In this document: piece by piece, positions 20,286 to 29,633 of the stretch | Layout of the letters: every line of letters starts with the position of its first letter | How positions within the stretch are numbered: position 1 is the first letter of the stretch | Assembly (NCBI GenBank): GCA_965216465.1 | Contig: CBDCFW010000005.1 | Coordinates: forward strand, 256,001-320,000 | DNA length: 64,000 bases | Reading direction: 5' to 3' | DNA from: Bacteroidia bacterium | GTDB lineage: Bacteria > Bacteroidota > Bacteroidia > NS11-12g > UBA9320 | The notes under the pieces: model-generated | What the model was told of the DNA's origin: nothing | The model's input: the letters and a program-made list of their open reading frames with translations, nothing else | Databases searched by the model: none | Made by a program: the position numbers and the translations under genes

Positions 20286-20684
20286 GTGAAAAAGAAATTC
20301 AGGCGAAGTTTAATTTTAGTTATTATTCTTTTGGTTGTTGCAATTCTGTATGCTCCTGCCCAATGGAAAACAACAGTACTTAGTGACAGTATAACAGAGA
20401 ATGGTATTGTGTCTCGCATAATGCCTGAAAACCAAATTTATCAGGAGCAATTGACGGCACGAAAAGGTTTAACTGGAGATTGGATTATCAATGGATGGTT
20501 AATTAATAGAAATGATTTTGTCGTTGAGGAGATTAAGATTCGTTTTTACTTCAGCAACGGAGTTGAACACCGTACAATATCGAAAGTGCTTAATCCTGGA
20601 GGTGCTGGGAAACCCTTCCGAATTGAAATTGCCGGTCATGAGGGTGCTGAATTTAAGCGATTCGAAGTCTACAGAGCTCGATAG
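20286..20684 (+). CDS. Hypothetical membrane-anchored protein with small beta-sandwich (FxLYD-like) domain
   Basis: N-terminal TM; GWLINRNDFVVEEIKIRFYF; own -7 box TACCTTTG at 20274-20281. Confidence 0.6.
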   Translation: MKKKFRRSLILVIILLVVAILYAPAQWKTTVLSDSITENGIVSRIMPENQIYQEQLTARKGLTGDWIINGWLINRNDFVVEEIKIRFYFSNGVEHRTISKVLNPGGAGKPFRIEIAGHEGAEFKRFEVYRAR

Positions 20685-21908
20685 CTACTTTTTTTTCTTC
20701 TTCTTGGGCTTAAGGTCTAATTCCATTAAAGCCTTCCAATTGTCTTGCCCATCGTCGGCAAGTTCTATCGTTTCCGAATAATCGGCTTTAGTCAACATGG
20801 CACGCGTAATAGGAACCGTGGTATAGGCTTCAATTGATTCTAACAATTCTTTTTCTCCTTTACTACAAAATGATAGGGCCTGACCTTTGTTTCTTCCACG
20901 TCCTGTACGCCCTACTCTATGCACATAGTTTTCTGGTTGCTCAGGAAGGTCATAATTCACCACATAGTCAACATCTGGAATGTCAATTCCTCGTGCACTT
21001 ACGTCAGTAGCAATTAGTACAAGGCATTCGCCAGATCTGAAGTTGCGCATGGTATTTTCTCTATCTTGCTGATCCTTATCTCCATGTATAGTTTTGGCAA
21101 TAATTTGAAGACGCTCAAGTGCTGCTTTAACACGTTCAGCTCGAATCTTTGTTCTCACAAAGACCAAGAATTTCAAACTATCATTTTCATTAATTAATCG
21201 TTGCAAAAAGAATCGCTTATCGTCCATCTCTACAAAAATTACCTGGTGATCTACATTCTTGCTAACCGGGTCTTTAGGAGAAATTTGAATGCGAATAGCA
21301 TTACGCACTAAGCTATATGCCAGTTTCTTTATTTTTTTATCGATAGTAGCAGAGAAAAACAGGGTTTGTCTACGCTTAGGCAGAAAGCGAATAACGTCTT
21401 GAATATCCTTATAAAAACCAAGATCAAGCATGTGGTCTGCTTCATCAAGAATAAGGGTCTCTACTTTACCCAGGTCGATATATCCTTGATGAACTAAATC
21501 AAACATTCTTCCTGGTGTTGAAACAAGTATATCAACTCCTTTTAATAAGCGCACGATTTGAGGATTTTGATCAACACCTCCATAAACACTCAAAGTTGCA
21601 ACCTTCGTGTTTTTACCGATTTGGTTAAAAACAGAAGTAATTTGCACTGCAAGCTCTCGAGTTGGCACCATAACTAATGCCCGTATGGCCTTAGTTTTGG
21701 TCTTACGTTTAATTTGCTGAATCTTATCGATAACAGGTATGGCAAATGCCCCTGTTTTACCAGTTCCTGTTTGTGCGATGGCAAGAAGGTCCTCTCCTCG
21801 TTGAATATGCGGAATACATTTATATTGAATATCTGTTGGCTTTCGAAACGCCAATTCGAAAAGATTGCGTTTTATTTCTTCAGATAGTCTGTACTCCGTA
21901 AACTTCAT
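20685..21908 (-). CDS. DEAD-box RNA helicase (RhlE-like)
   Basis: AQTGTGKT, PTRELA, TPGR, DEAD, SAT, ARGID, HRVGRTGR. Start moved to ATG 21908 because the track GTG lies in the -7 box at 21917-21924. Confidence 0.95.
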   Translation of the reverse strand: MKFTEYRLSEEIKRNLFELAFRKPTDIQYKCIPHIQRGEDLLAIAQTGTGKTGAFAIPVIDKIQQIKRKTKTKAIRALVMVPTRELAVQITSVFNQIGKNTKVATLSVYGGVDQNPQIVRLLKGVDILVSTPGRMFDLVHQGYIDLGKVETLILDEADHMLDLGFYKDIQDVIRFLPKRRQTLFFSATIDKKIKKLAYSLVRNAIRIQISPKDPVSKNVDHQVIFVEMDDKRFFLQRLINENDSLKFLVFVRTKIRAERVKAALERLQIIAKTIHGDKDQQDRENTMRNFRSGECLVLIATDVSARGIDIPDVDYVVNYDLPEQPENYVHRVGRTGRGRNKGQALSFCSKGEKELLESIEAYTTVPITRAMLTKADYSETIELADDGQDNWKALMELDLKPKKKKKK

Positions 21909-21939
21909 TCTGCTCACAAAGGTAGGCCATTATAAAAGA

Positions 21940-22218
21940 TTATAGTTCAGATGGTTTGTATGTTATCTTACAATTGTTGCAAACTACTTCGCTTCCCTTT
22001 TCCACCAATGCAATTTTATAGAGGTGTTTGTCTGCATAGTCCTGAATCCACCCTTTTTTATGATCAACTTGATCAATACTAACATTATTGTTTTTGGCCG
22101 CCTCATAAAAGTGCTTTCCATACTCTTGCCGGCCCCAACAATTTGGACAAAGACCTTCAGGTGTTTCAGTGCTGTTGTTAGTTTTTTTCAGTGCTGAGAG
22201 TAAATCATTTAAGTTCAT
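21940..22218 (-). CDS. Small four-cysteine protein (CPNCWG...CNNC), probable metal ribbon
   Basis: Two CxxC pairs in 92 aa; divergent from Rrf2. Confidence 0.75.
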   Translation of the reverse strand: MNLNDLLSALKKTNNSTETPEGLCPNCWGRQEYGKHFYEAAKNNNVSIDQVDHKKGWIQDYADKHLYKIALVEKGSEVVCNNCKITYKPSEL

Positions 22219-22327
22219 AAGTTAACCCTTTAAACGAATGTAAGTTCTATTTCTGACAGATGCATAATATTGACCTAGACTTGATTATTCAAAACAATAA
22301 TTAATGTATCTTTATCGGCGATTTTCT

Positions 22328-22753
22328 ATGTTAAATAAAGCTTCAGAGTATGCAATAAAAGCAATGATTTACTTGGCCACACATCAAGACCATCAACGTT
22401 ACATTCGTATTCCTGAGGTGGCAGAAGCAATCAATTCTCCGGCCGCATTTACCTCCAAAATCCTCCAACAATTAAGAAGTAACGGCTTAGTTTTATCAGC
22501 TAAAGGAGCTAAGGGAGGTTTTAAGATAAATGCTGAAAAGAAAATTAGTCTTCTGCAAATTGTTCAATCCCTAGAAGGAAAAGAAGTCTTTACACGATGT
22601 ATTCTTGGACTCGACGAATGCTCATCTTCAAAACCATGTCCTGTGCACGAGCAATATAAATCCGTTAAGGCCCAGCTGCTTGAAATTATGACACGATCAT
22701 ACATCGATGACTATATCCCTGAAGTCGTTAGTAGAGCAATGAATCTAAAATAG
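22328..22753 (+). CDS. Rrf2 family transcriptional regulator, Fe-S ligand type
   Basis: EYAIKA, SAKGAKGGF, C-x6-C-x5-C-PVH; likely start ATG 22328 (track 22304). Confidence 0.92.
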   Translation: MLNKASEYAIKAMIYLATHQDHQRYIRIPEVAEAINSPAAFTSKILQQLRSNGLVLSAKGAKGGFKINAEKKISLLQIVQSLEGKEVFTRCILGLDECSSSKPCPVHEQYKSVKAQLLEIMTRSYIDDYIPEVVSRAMNLK

Positions 22754-22903
22754 CATCCGTTGCTCGACATACTTGATCTCAGGAGAGAATATAATTGTTA
22801 GATTGGTACAAATCCGAATTGTCTAACCCGTATGCTTTTTGATTAACAATTGTTTTTTTCTGGTCAGAAACAAAGAAATAGCTCTGCCCAATTTCTTGAT
22901 AGT

Positions 22904-22911
22904 TATATTTG
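22904..22911 (+). promoter_or_regulatory. -7 promoter element of the copper-oxidase operon
   Basis: TATATTTG 20 nt before ATG 22932. Confidence 0.7.
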
Positions 22912-22931
22912 TTGCATAAAAGAATTAAATC

Positions 22932-23624
22932 ATGAAGTTATTATTTACCTCATTAGCCCTTTGTATGTTTTTAATTGGTTCTGCACAAAACTTTGTATAT
23001 AGTACTGATCAAGATCTTCGACTAGAAGAAACCAACTCTAACTACCTTGGCGGTGAAGTTAAATTCACTACACCTGAACCTGAAGATATTACCTTCAAAT
23101 GGAGAAAGTTGAAAACAGATGTACCTGCAGAATGGTCATTTTCTCTTTGTGGTTATGGTACTTGTCATGTTGGGTTGCCTAGTAGTGGAACGTTCCTTCC
23201 AATTACAAAAACGCAAATGGAAGATGGTAAAGAAGCTTACTTCATCTTAAACACAAGTCCAAAAACTTTTGACTCAGCTTACCTGCAGCTTTATGTTTAT
23301 GATCAAAATGACCAAGATCGTGGTGATACAGTATCTATAACGCTTGTAAACAAAGGTGTATCGAGTATTTCAATTGCACCTAATAAAGCTATTTCAATCT
23401 ACCCAAATCCGGCTAAAGACCTAATCAACATCCGTATTCCAAACGATGGACAAACGTATACAGCATCTATGAGTAATCTTTTGGGAGAAACCATCCTAGA
23501 AATTGGTCAACTTAATTCAGGTGTTAACGGTGTTGATGTTTCTACGCTTAGTAAAGGAATTTACTTTGTTCAGCTATCTTCGACCGATGGAAGTACAAAG
23601 ACCCAAAAAGTAATTGTAGAATAG
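22932..23624 (+). CDS. Small T9SS cargo protein with CxxxxC motif
   Basis: Signal peptide; WSFSLCGYGTCH; type A CTD IYPNPA...LSKGIYFV...KVIVE. Confidence 0.85.
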   Translation: MKLLFTSLALCMFLIGSAQNFVYSTDQDLRLEETNSNYLGGEVKFTTPEPEDITFKWRKLKTDVPAEWSFSLCGYGTCHVGLPSSGTFLPITKTQMEDGKEAYFILNTSPKTFDSAYLQLYVYDQNDQDRGDTVSITLVNKGVSSISIAPNKAISIYPNPAKDLINIRIPNDGQTYTASMSNLLGETILEIGQLNSGVNGVDVSTLSKGIYFVQLSSTDGSTKTQKVIVE

Positions 23625-23627
23625 CCA

Positions 23628-24503
23628 ATGACCACCACTTTGGGTAGAAGCTTATCGCTATTTTTTACCTTCATTCTTCTTGGTTGTTTATGCAATGTGC
23701 ATGCAAGCCAGCAAACGATTTATATTAATAAAGGACATTTAATCACCAGTGATAGCCTATCACTGCCTTACTACACATACAATTCTTCTAGCAATTTTGA
23801 ATCAAGTAATACATTAATCAAGCTTGCTGTTAATGACAGCTTGTACCTCACAATTGTAAATAATGATAGCTCAGATCATGGCTTTACTATCAAAGAAATG
23901 TCACTAGGTGACACTATTTCGGCCTTTGATTCGATAACAATTGGACTGAAATTTAATGAAATTGGAACGTTCATCATGTTTGACCATTTGAACAATTCTC
24001 GATGTGCAAATATGGGCCTCTCTGCAATTCTGCATGTTTATGATCCTAACGCAGAACTTCCTTCATTTTATTGGAATATTAAAGACCATCAAAAAGAGGT
24101 TTATCATCAATTAGAAAATGAATTAGTAGTGGACTGGTCTCAATACTATCCCCAATATTTTACACTAAACGGAAGGCATAATCCGCATATCAACAAAGAC
24201 TCAATAGCTCGAGTTACAGGAAGCGTTGGTGACAGCATTCTTATTCATATGGTAAACACAGGAAACTCAACACATTCCATTCATTATCACGGATATCATG
24301 CTGAAATTGTTCAGTCTTCAAAATACCCGAGCCATGTTAAAAGAAAGAAAGACACTTTTGCCGTTCTGCCTTTTGAAGTTGTTGTCGTTCTCTTGGTTCC
24401 TGATCAAGTTGGAGAATATCCGGTTCACGATCATAATCTAGTGGCTGTAACAGGTGGAGGAATATACCCCAACGGAATGTTTTTGACCCTAAAGATTCAA
24501 TAA
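23628..24503 (+). CDS. Two-domain multicopper oxidase subunit A (copper histidines in domain 2 only, no type 1 Cys, no CTD)
   Basis: Signal peptide; YFTLNG, HSIHYHG, KDT, YPVHDH...GM. Confidence 0.85.
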   Translation: MTTTLGRSLSLFFTFILLGCLCNVHASQQTIYINKGHLITSDSLSLPYYTYNSSSNFESSNTLIKLAVNDSLYLTIVNNDSSDHGFTIKEMSLGDTISAFDSITIGLKFNEIGTFIMFDHLNNSRCANMGLSAILHVYDPNAELPSFYWNIKDHQKEVYHQLENELVVDWSQYYPQYFTLNGRHNPHINKDSIARVTGSVGDSILIHMVNTGNSTHSIHYHGYHAEIVQSSKYPSHVKRKKDTFAVLPFEVVVVLLVPDQVGEYPVHDHNLVAVTGGGIYPNGMFLTLKIQ

Positions 24504-25714
24504 TGAAGTACTATTTAATCCTGATTATATCGCTCTTTTCGAGCTTGTCTTATGCTCAAGATGATGTGGATGTATTTCTTATTGCTCGAAATACTGGAGA
24601 GAAAGTTTTGGCCAATAACGACACTATTCGTGTTTTTGGATTTGCAGAAGATCTTTCTTCCCACCCTAGTATTCCTGGACCTACTATTTATGCAAAGGAA
24701 GGAGACTCAGTGCACATCGATCTTTGGAATGTATCGCAAGGTGCTCCGCATACTATTCACTTGCACGGATTAGATGTTGATCAACAAAACGATGGTGTTC
24801 CTCATTTATCATTTGAAGTTGAACACATGGATCATGGATTCTACCACTTCAAAGCACCGCATGCAGGCACCTACTTGTACCACTGTCATGTGGCATCTAC
24901 AGTTCATGTGCAGGCGGGTATGTATGGTTTGATTATTATTAAGCCCACAGATGGAACCAAGCAGACTTGGAATGATGGATATACCTATGCCAATGAGTTT
25001 GCTTTTATGACTTCTGAAATTGACACCGTTTGGCATCATGACAGTGTTTTGAATCACGGGCACGGACCGAATAGCGATCCAGTTAAGATTCCTATTTACA
25101 ACCCACAATTTTTCTTAGTAAATGGCCACTCAGACCAACAAATTATTGACCAAGATGTAAAAGTAAAATCTGGCCAAAATCAAAATAGCTATTTGCGTTT
25201 TGCGAATATTGGTTTTTTCGCCAATGAGGTAATTTTCCCTTCGTCACTTAATGCAAAAATTGTTGCTTCCGACGGACGGCCTCTGCCCGAAGTGGAGGTT
25301 TCTGACACCTTGACCTTATTTCCAGGAGAACGTTATGGGGTTCTGATAAACAATCCGGCAATAGGCACTGATAGTATTCTTTTGAATTTCAGAGATCTGA
25401 ACACCAATAGGCTTTGGAACACGCAGTTTATTCCCTATGAAAATGTTGAAGTCCTGAACATCGAACAAACTTTTGATTCTGAACTAGTGGTTTATCCCAA
25501 TCCATTCACAAAAACAATCGATGTGGTGAGCAAGGTGGTGTTTGATGCCATCACCGTAATTGATTTAAACGGGAGAATGGTGTTTGAACAAAAAATTGAA
25601 AGCAAAGTCTCAACGCTTCAACAAATTGATTTGGCTTTATCACCAGGATTGTACAATCTCGTACTGTGGAACAACGACTTACAAGTTGGCCAAAAGAAAA
25701 TAGTGCGACTTTAA
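24503..25714 (+). CDS. Two-domain multicopper oxidase subunit B (type 1 site in domain 1) with T9SS type A CTD
   Basis: IPGPTI, HTIHLHG, YLYHCHVASTVHVQAGMYG, ASDGRPL, PGERY; CTD VYPNPF...GLY...KKIVRL. Confidence 0.9.
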   Translation: MKYYLILIISLFSSLSYAQDDVDVFLIARNTGEKVLANNDTIRVFGFAEDLSSHPSIPGPTIYAKEGDSVHIDLWNVSQGAPHTIHLHGLDVDQQNDGVPHLSFEVEHMDHGFYHFKAPHAGTYLYHCHVASTVHVQAGMYGLIIIKPTDGTKQTWNDGYTYANEFAFMTSEIDTVWHHDSVLNHGHGPNSDPVKIPIYNPQFFLVNGHSDQQIIDQDVKVKSGQNQNSYLRFANIGFFANEVIFPSSLNAKIVASDGRPLPEVEVSDTLTLFPGERYGVLINNPAIGTDSILLNFRDLNTNRLWNTQFIPYENVEVLNIEQTFDSELVVYPNPFTKTIDVVSKVVFDAITVIDLNGRMVFEQKIESKVSTLQQIDLALSPGLYNLVLWNNDLQVGQKKIVRL

Positions 25715-26625
25715 AAACTGAATGTTCCTTTAAACTCTTGCAACACTTTTCGAACGTCGGGTTGACTTACGTTCATCATCTGAGAAAGTTTCGTAGGAAC
25801 ATGAACATTTACGCTTTGTAGCGTTGAATTTTGCTGCAATGTAACAACCTCCAAATTGGGGTACAGTTCGTAGTACATATCAATAATCTCATTGATTTTA
25901 AAATTGGTATCGGCCAAATTATAAACCCCAGGGTGTACATCGCCAAACAGAACAAATGCTAGCTGGCTACTAAAACTTTCTAAACTGATAAACGCCCTTG
26001 ACTGCTCCCCATCTCCTATTCGCTTGATCTTACCCTTGTGATGGGCCTCAAACATAAACCGGTTAAATACAGAATCTATTCGCATTGTGGGTGAATAGCC
26101 GTATGCGTTAGCACAACGCAATACATAAACATCTTTACCATCTATCCGCTGAAAATGCTTTTCTCCATGCAGTTTTGACTGCCCATACGAGGTTTGAGGA
26201 TCGGGATTACTCTGTTCTGTAACCATCTGATCGTGAGAACCGTATACCGTCATTGAACTTATGTAAATTGCTGTTTTAACGTCACTATCTTGAATGGCAT
26301 CAGCCACATTAGAAGAACCCCAATTGTTGATTTGATCAAACTGATGCAGTTCAATATCAGAATAAGGCTTTATAATTTTTGCTGCCATATGAATAACAAC
26401 ATCAATTCCTTCCAAAGCCTTGAGTAGGTTCCTTCGGTCTAGAATATCATGTTGAGACAGGGTAATTCTTGCCTTTCCAAGTTGCTGACCAAATAGAAAG
26501 GCCATATCGCCTCTCGACAAATTATCATACACTCGAATTTCTTCAACCTCTGGATATTTTTGGCTGAGGTATTTGATGAAATATCCTCCTAAATATCCGC
26601 AACCGCCTGTTATTAATATTTTCAT
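25711..26625 (-). CDS. NAD-dependent epimerase/dehydratase (extended SDR)
   Basis: TGGCGYLG, HMAA, SSMTVYG, YGQSK, LRCANAYG. Confidence 0.9.
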   Translation of the reverse strand: MKILITGGCGYLGGYFIKYLSQKYPEVEEIRVYDNLSRGDMAFLFGQQLGKARITLSQHDILDRRNLLKALEGIDVVIHMAAKIIKPYSDIELHQFDQINNWGSSNVADAIQDSDVKTAIYISSMTVYGSHDQMVTEQSNPDPQTSYGQSKLHGEKHFQRIDGKDVYVLRCANAYGYSPTMRIDSVFNRFMFEAHHKGKIKRIGDGEQSRAFISLESFSSQLAFVLFGDVHPGVYNLADTNFKINEIIDMYYELYPNLEVVTLQQNSTLQSVNVHVPTKLSQMMNVSQPDVRKVLQEFKGTFSF

Positions 26626-27287
26626 TTCTTGACTAAATCAATATGAAGTCCGCATTCGTCTTTATTTTGACCGGCCCAGCGTGCCGATCTTTCTGAACTC
26701 AAGAATTTTGAAGTGCACGGTTCACATCCAATACTTAGATAGCCTTCTTTCTCCAATGGATGAAATGGCAGGTCAAATTTCTTTTGGTATTCCAAAACCA
26801 TCTTGCTGTCCCAGCTTAATATGGGATGATATCTTTTTGTACCATAAGGTCCATCCATTATCTTATCAAAACCACTTCTTGTAGCCGTTTGACCCTTTCT
26901 AACGCCCACTATCCAAACATCGCTCATTTTAAGTACATCGTCCATTGGAAGTACCTTGTTTATATGACAGCACGTTCCGGGATCACTGGCAAACAGAAAA
27001 TGATCACTCGAATCCTTTTGGTGAAGCTTATCAATGTTTGAAGTAAGGCTGAAGGTGTTTAATCCCAATTTCTTTGTAACTTCATTCTTAAAAGATATAC
27101 TCTCAGGAAAATGAAATCCCGTATTTAAAAAATACACCGGTATATCATGATTCATTCTGCTGATGACATGAAGAAGTGGAATGCTGTGAGATTGAAAAGA
27201 AGACGAAGTCACAACCACCTTACCCGCATCAAGAAATTCCTTAATTTCAGCATGTATACGTTCTATTTCTGATTCTATCCAATCCAC
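26622..27287 (-). CDS. cysH: APS/PAPS reductase, [4Fe-4S]-type (probably APS reductase)
   Basis: SSFQ, FLNTGFHFPE, CC pair (TCCHINK), SIGCEPCT, C-terminal ECGLH; -7 box at 27293-27300. Confidence 0.9.
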   Translation of the reverse strand: MDWIESEIERIHAEIKEFLDAGKVVVTSSSFQSHSIPLLHVISRMNHDIPVYFLNTGFHFPESISFKNEVTKKLGLNTFSLTSNIDKLHQKDSSDHFLFASDPGTCCHINKVLPMDDVLKMSDVWIVGVRKGQTATRSGFDKIMDGPYGTKRYHPILSWDSKMVLEYQKKFDLPFHPLEKEGYLSIGCEPCTSKFLSSERSARWAGQNKDECGLHIDLVKK

Positions 27288-27378
27288 GTCAACAAATTTA
27301 GAATAAATGGGGAACCGCGATTATGATATTGCACCAAAATAAGGCAATAGTTACATAAAATTAACGTTATTGCAACCG

Positions 27379-28368
27379 ATGAGAATACTCTGCATCTTGC
27401 TACTCATAGTTGGCTTCTTTAATCTATCTGCTCAAAACAATTTGCAGGTATCGCTTGATAGCTTGATTAAAGAGATTGAAGCCCGAAAAAATCTGCACGG
27501 AGTGGTTAGCATCAAGCATCAAAATGAAGTAGTGTATAGCTCACCCATCGGCTATAGCAACATTAAACTAAAGCAAAAAGCAGATACCTCTACCCTCTTT
27601 GCAATTGGTTCAATAACAAAAACGTATATAGCTACTATCATTCTTCAATTGGTAGAGGAAAAAAGCATTAAGCTTACCGATAAGCTTGTCAAATTTCAAC
27701 CCGATATTCCTTTTGCAAGTGACATTACGATTAATGACCTCCTAAAGCATCAAAGTGGAATAAGTGACAACAATTATTTTAAATGGAAGTATGGCGGTAA
27801 ACGTTTTAAACGGGTAGATAAGCCAACATATTCTAATGTTAACTATGGTCTGCTTGGTTTAATCATCGAACAATTGGAAAACAAAACACTAGACCAAGTA
27901 TTACAAGAGAGAATTGTTGACCCACTCGGTTTGCATCACACCTATTACTTAACTCAAGGTCAAGACTCTTTGATTGCCAAGAGTTACAGTTTTCAAAACA
28001 AGAAATGGACCGAACAAAGCTTTGGGAATTTAGAAAATGCGGGAGGTGCAGGTGGTATGATAAGCTCAGCTGAGGATGTCAATCGTTTTTTTAGCGCCTT
28101 GTTTCAGGCAAAATTGATTTCTCAAGAATCATTGGATATAATGCGTTCTATGGATGCACATTACGCCATGGCCTTGTTCCCAGGAAACTTCTTTGCACAT
28201 CAAGGGTATTGTAACTCAGGTCAATATGGCCATTACCATTCTACGGTCGTGTACTTTCCTAAGAGTGAGCTATCAATTACCATTCTGAGCAATGGAACAA
28301 ACACATCACTCAATTTAGTGCTCAGGCAGGTACTTGACATTCTTGATGCAGAAGGCAGTTTAATCTAA
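27379..28368 (+). CDS. Secreted serine hydrolase, beta-lactamase/AmpC-like family
   Basis: Signal peptide; IGSITK (SxxK), LLKHQSGI, YSN, GAGGMISS. Confidence 0.9.
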   Translation: MRILCILLLIVGFFNLSAQNNLQVSLDSLIKEIEARKNLHGVVSIKHQNEVVYSSPIGYSNIKLKQKADTSTLFAIGSITKTYIATIILQLVEEKSIKLTDKLVKFQPDIPFASDITINDLLKHQSGISDNNYFKWKYGGKRFKRVDKPTYSNVNYGLLGLIIEQLENKTLDQVLQERIVDPLGLHHTYYLTQGQDSLIAKSYSFQNKKWTEQSFGNLENAGGAGGMISSAEDVNRFFSALFQAKLISQESLDIMRSMDAHYAMALFPGNFFAHQGYCNSGQYGHYHSTVVYFPKSELSITILSNGTNTSLNLVLRQVLDILDAEGSLI

Positions 28369-29633
28369 AGTTTAATGTCCAATCCAAATGTAAGACGATC
28401 AATTTTGGGCGTTTGGTTATAAGCATTGAGCAATGAATTGTGATAATACAACTGACCAAAGGACACATTCAATCCAATTCTTCTATTTACATCATAACCT
28501 AGACCTACATCGGCAGATGACCTAAATAAAACTTTATTAAGGTCCTGATTTCCAGCTATTCGCGGATAAGGTAAATTCTCACTAGATGGTTGATCAAATA
28601 CATAATTCCCGCTGTTGCGTTGAAGTATCGACACCCCTAATCCTAACTGCACGTAAGGTCTAAACCTTCCATATCGAATTGACCGTTTAAGATTTAGAGG
28701 AATATCGACATACGTAAAACTAACCTGCTGATTTGGTTGCCTCACCAGTCTTGTTGTATCTATTTCTGTATCAATAATTCGTTCAACTTGGGCCGTAACT
28801 TTTCCGTGCTCCGTTATTTCGTAGTTTCTAGTGATTAACCTATAACTTGTATCGTAACTATAGTTAAATCCCTCTTCAAGATAGTTTGTAAGTTCTTTTA
28901 AATTAAGAATTTGTAATCCTGAAGATACCTCCCAATTTTTTCTGGCAGCCGATAGACTAATCCCATATGCCATACTGTTTATAGTCTTTTCTTGTTCAGA
29001 GTAATACGGTTTTGTTCGAGAATAATCAAGCACAGACAAGTAGGGTTGAATAGACCATTGAACAAATTTTTGGTCTTGCTCCAGATCGGCTAGTAAATTG
29101 CTTTCAACATTAATCGTATATGGAATCGCATACAACCCTAAAGAGTATGGTGCCCCAATAAATTCCGGTTTGCTTATAGCTTCAAAAGGCTCTACCATCA
29201 TTTCAACAAGCGAATCTACTTGAGAAGTTTCAACTTCAAGCAACTGGGGAAGAGCCTCTTCGACTCTTCTGGGTGAGTAAAATTCTTGAACTGCGTACAC
29301 TTCTTCTGACACCTCAGGTCTCGCTATAGGTTGTTCAACCTCGACTTGTTCTGCATCATTAGGCTCTATTTCAGTTTTTTCATCTGGAAACGTAGCAACT
29401 AGATTTGATTGACTTTTATCAGGTGAGTTTTGACCCAAAAAGACCCATAACGATGCAGACAGTCCGAACAACAGTAAAAGCAGTATATAATATTTTCTTC
29501 TAGCCCAAAATCCTACAGGTTCATTCTGATCTAAGAGGGCTTCCATTTTTTCCCAATCTTGTGCGTGATCGGCTTTTTGATAAGTCGAAAACGAATCTTT
29601 AAAATACTGATCTATGTTCTTCATGTCTTTCAT
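28365..29633 (-). CDS. Putative anti-sigma factor with TM helix, linker and C-terminal outer-membrane beta-barrel
   Basis: IDQYFK...DWEKMEALLD N-domain; TM YYILLLLLFGLSASLWVFL; E/P/Q-rich linker; barrel strands YVDIPLNL and terminal LTFGLDIKL; 4-nt overlap with the ECF sigma. Confidence 0.75.
   Translation of the reverse strand: MKDMKNIDQYFKDSFSTYQKADHAQDWEKMEALLDQNEPVGFWARRKYYILLLLLFGLSASLWVFLGQNSPDKSQSNLVATFPDEKTEIEPNDAEQVEVEQPIARPEVSEEVYAVQEFYSPRRVEEALPQLLEVETSQVDSLVEMMVEPFEAISKPEFIGAPYSLGLYAIPYTINVESNLLADLEQDQKFVQWSIQPYLSVLDYSRTKPYYSEQEKTINSMAYGISLSAARKNWEVSSGLQILNLKELTNYLEEGFNYSYDTSYRLITRNYEITEHGKVTAQVERIIDTEIDTTRLVRQPNQQVSFTYVDIPLNLKRSIRYGRFRPYVQLGLGVSILQRNSGNYVFDQPSSENLPYPRIAGNQDLNKVLFRSSADVGLGYDVNRRIGLNVSFGQLYYHNSLLNAYNQTPKIDRLTFGLDIKL

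Noticed and set aside
22754-22903. Possible structured RNA between Rrf2 and the copper-oxidase operon
   Set aside because: Only a weak GTTAGA...TCTAAC inverted repeat; no recognisable family or terminator.
24503-25714. Copper nitrite reductase (nirK) call given the nearby Rrf2
   Set aside because: Has HxH/HCH laccase-type motifs, lacks the NirK Asp-x-His and the domain-2 His, and carries a T9SS CTD.
27379-28368. Beta-lactam resistance gene
   Set aside because: SxxK/YxN family membership only; no KTG motif; such proteins are mostly peptidases or esterases.
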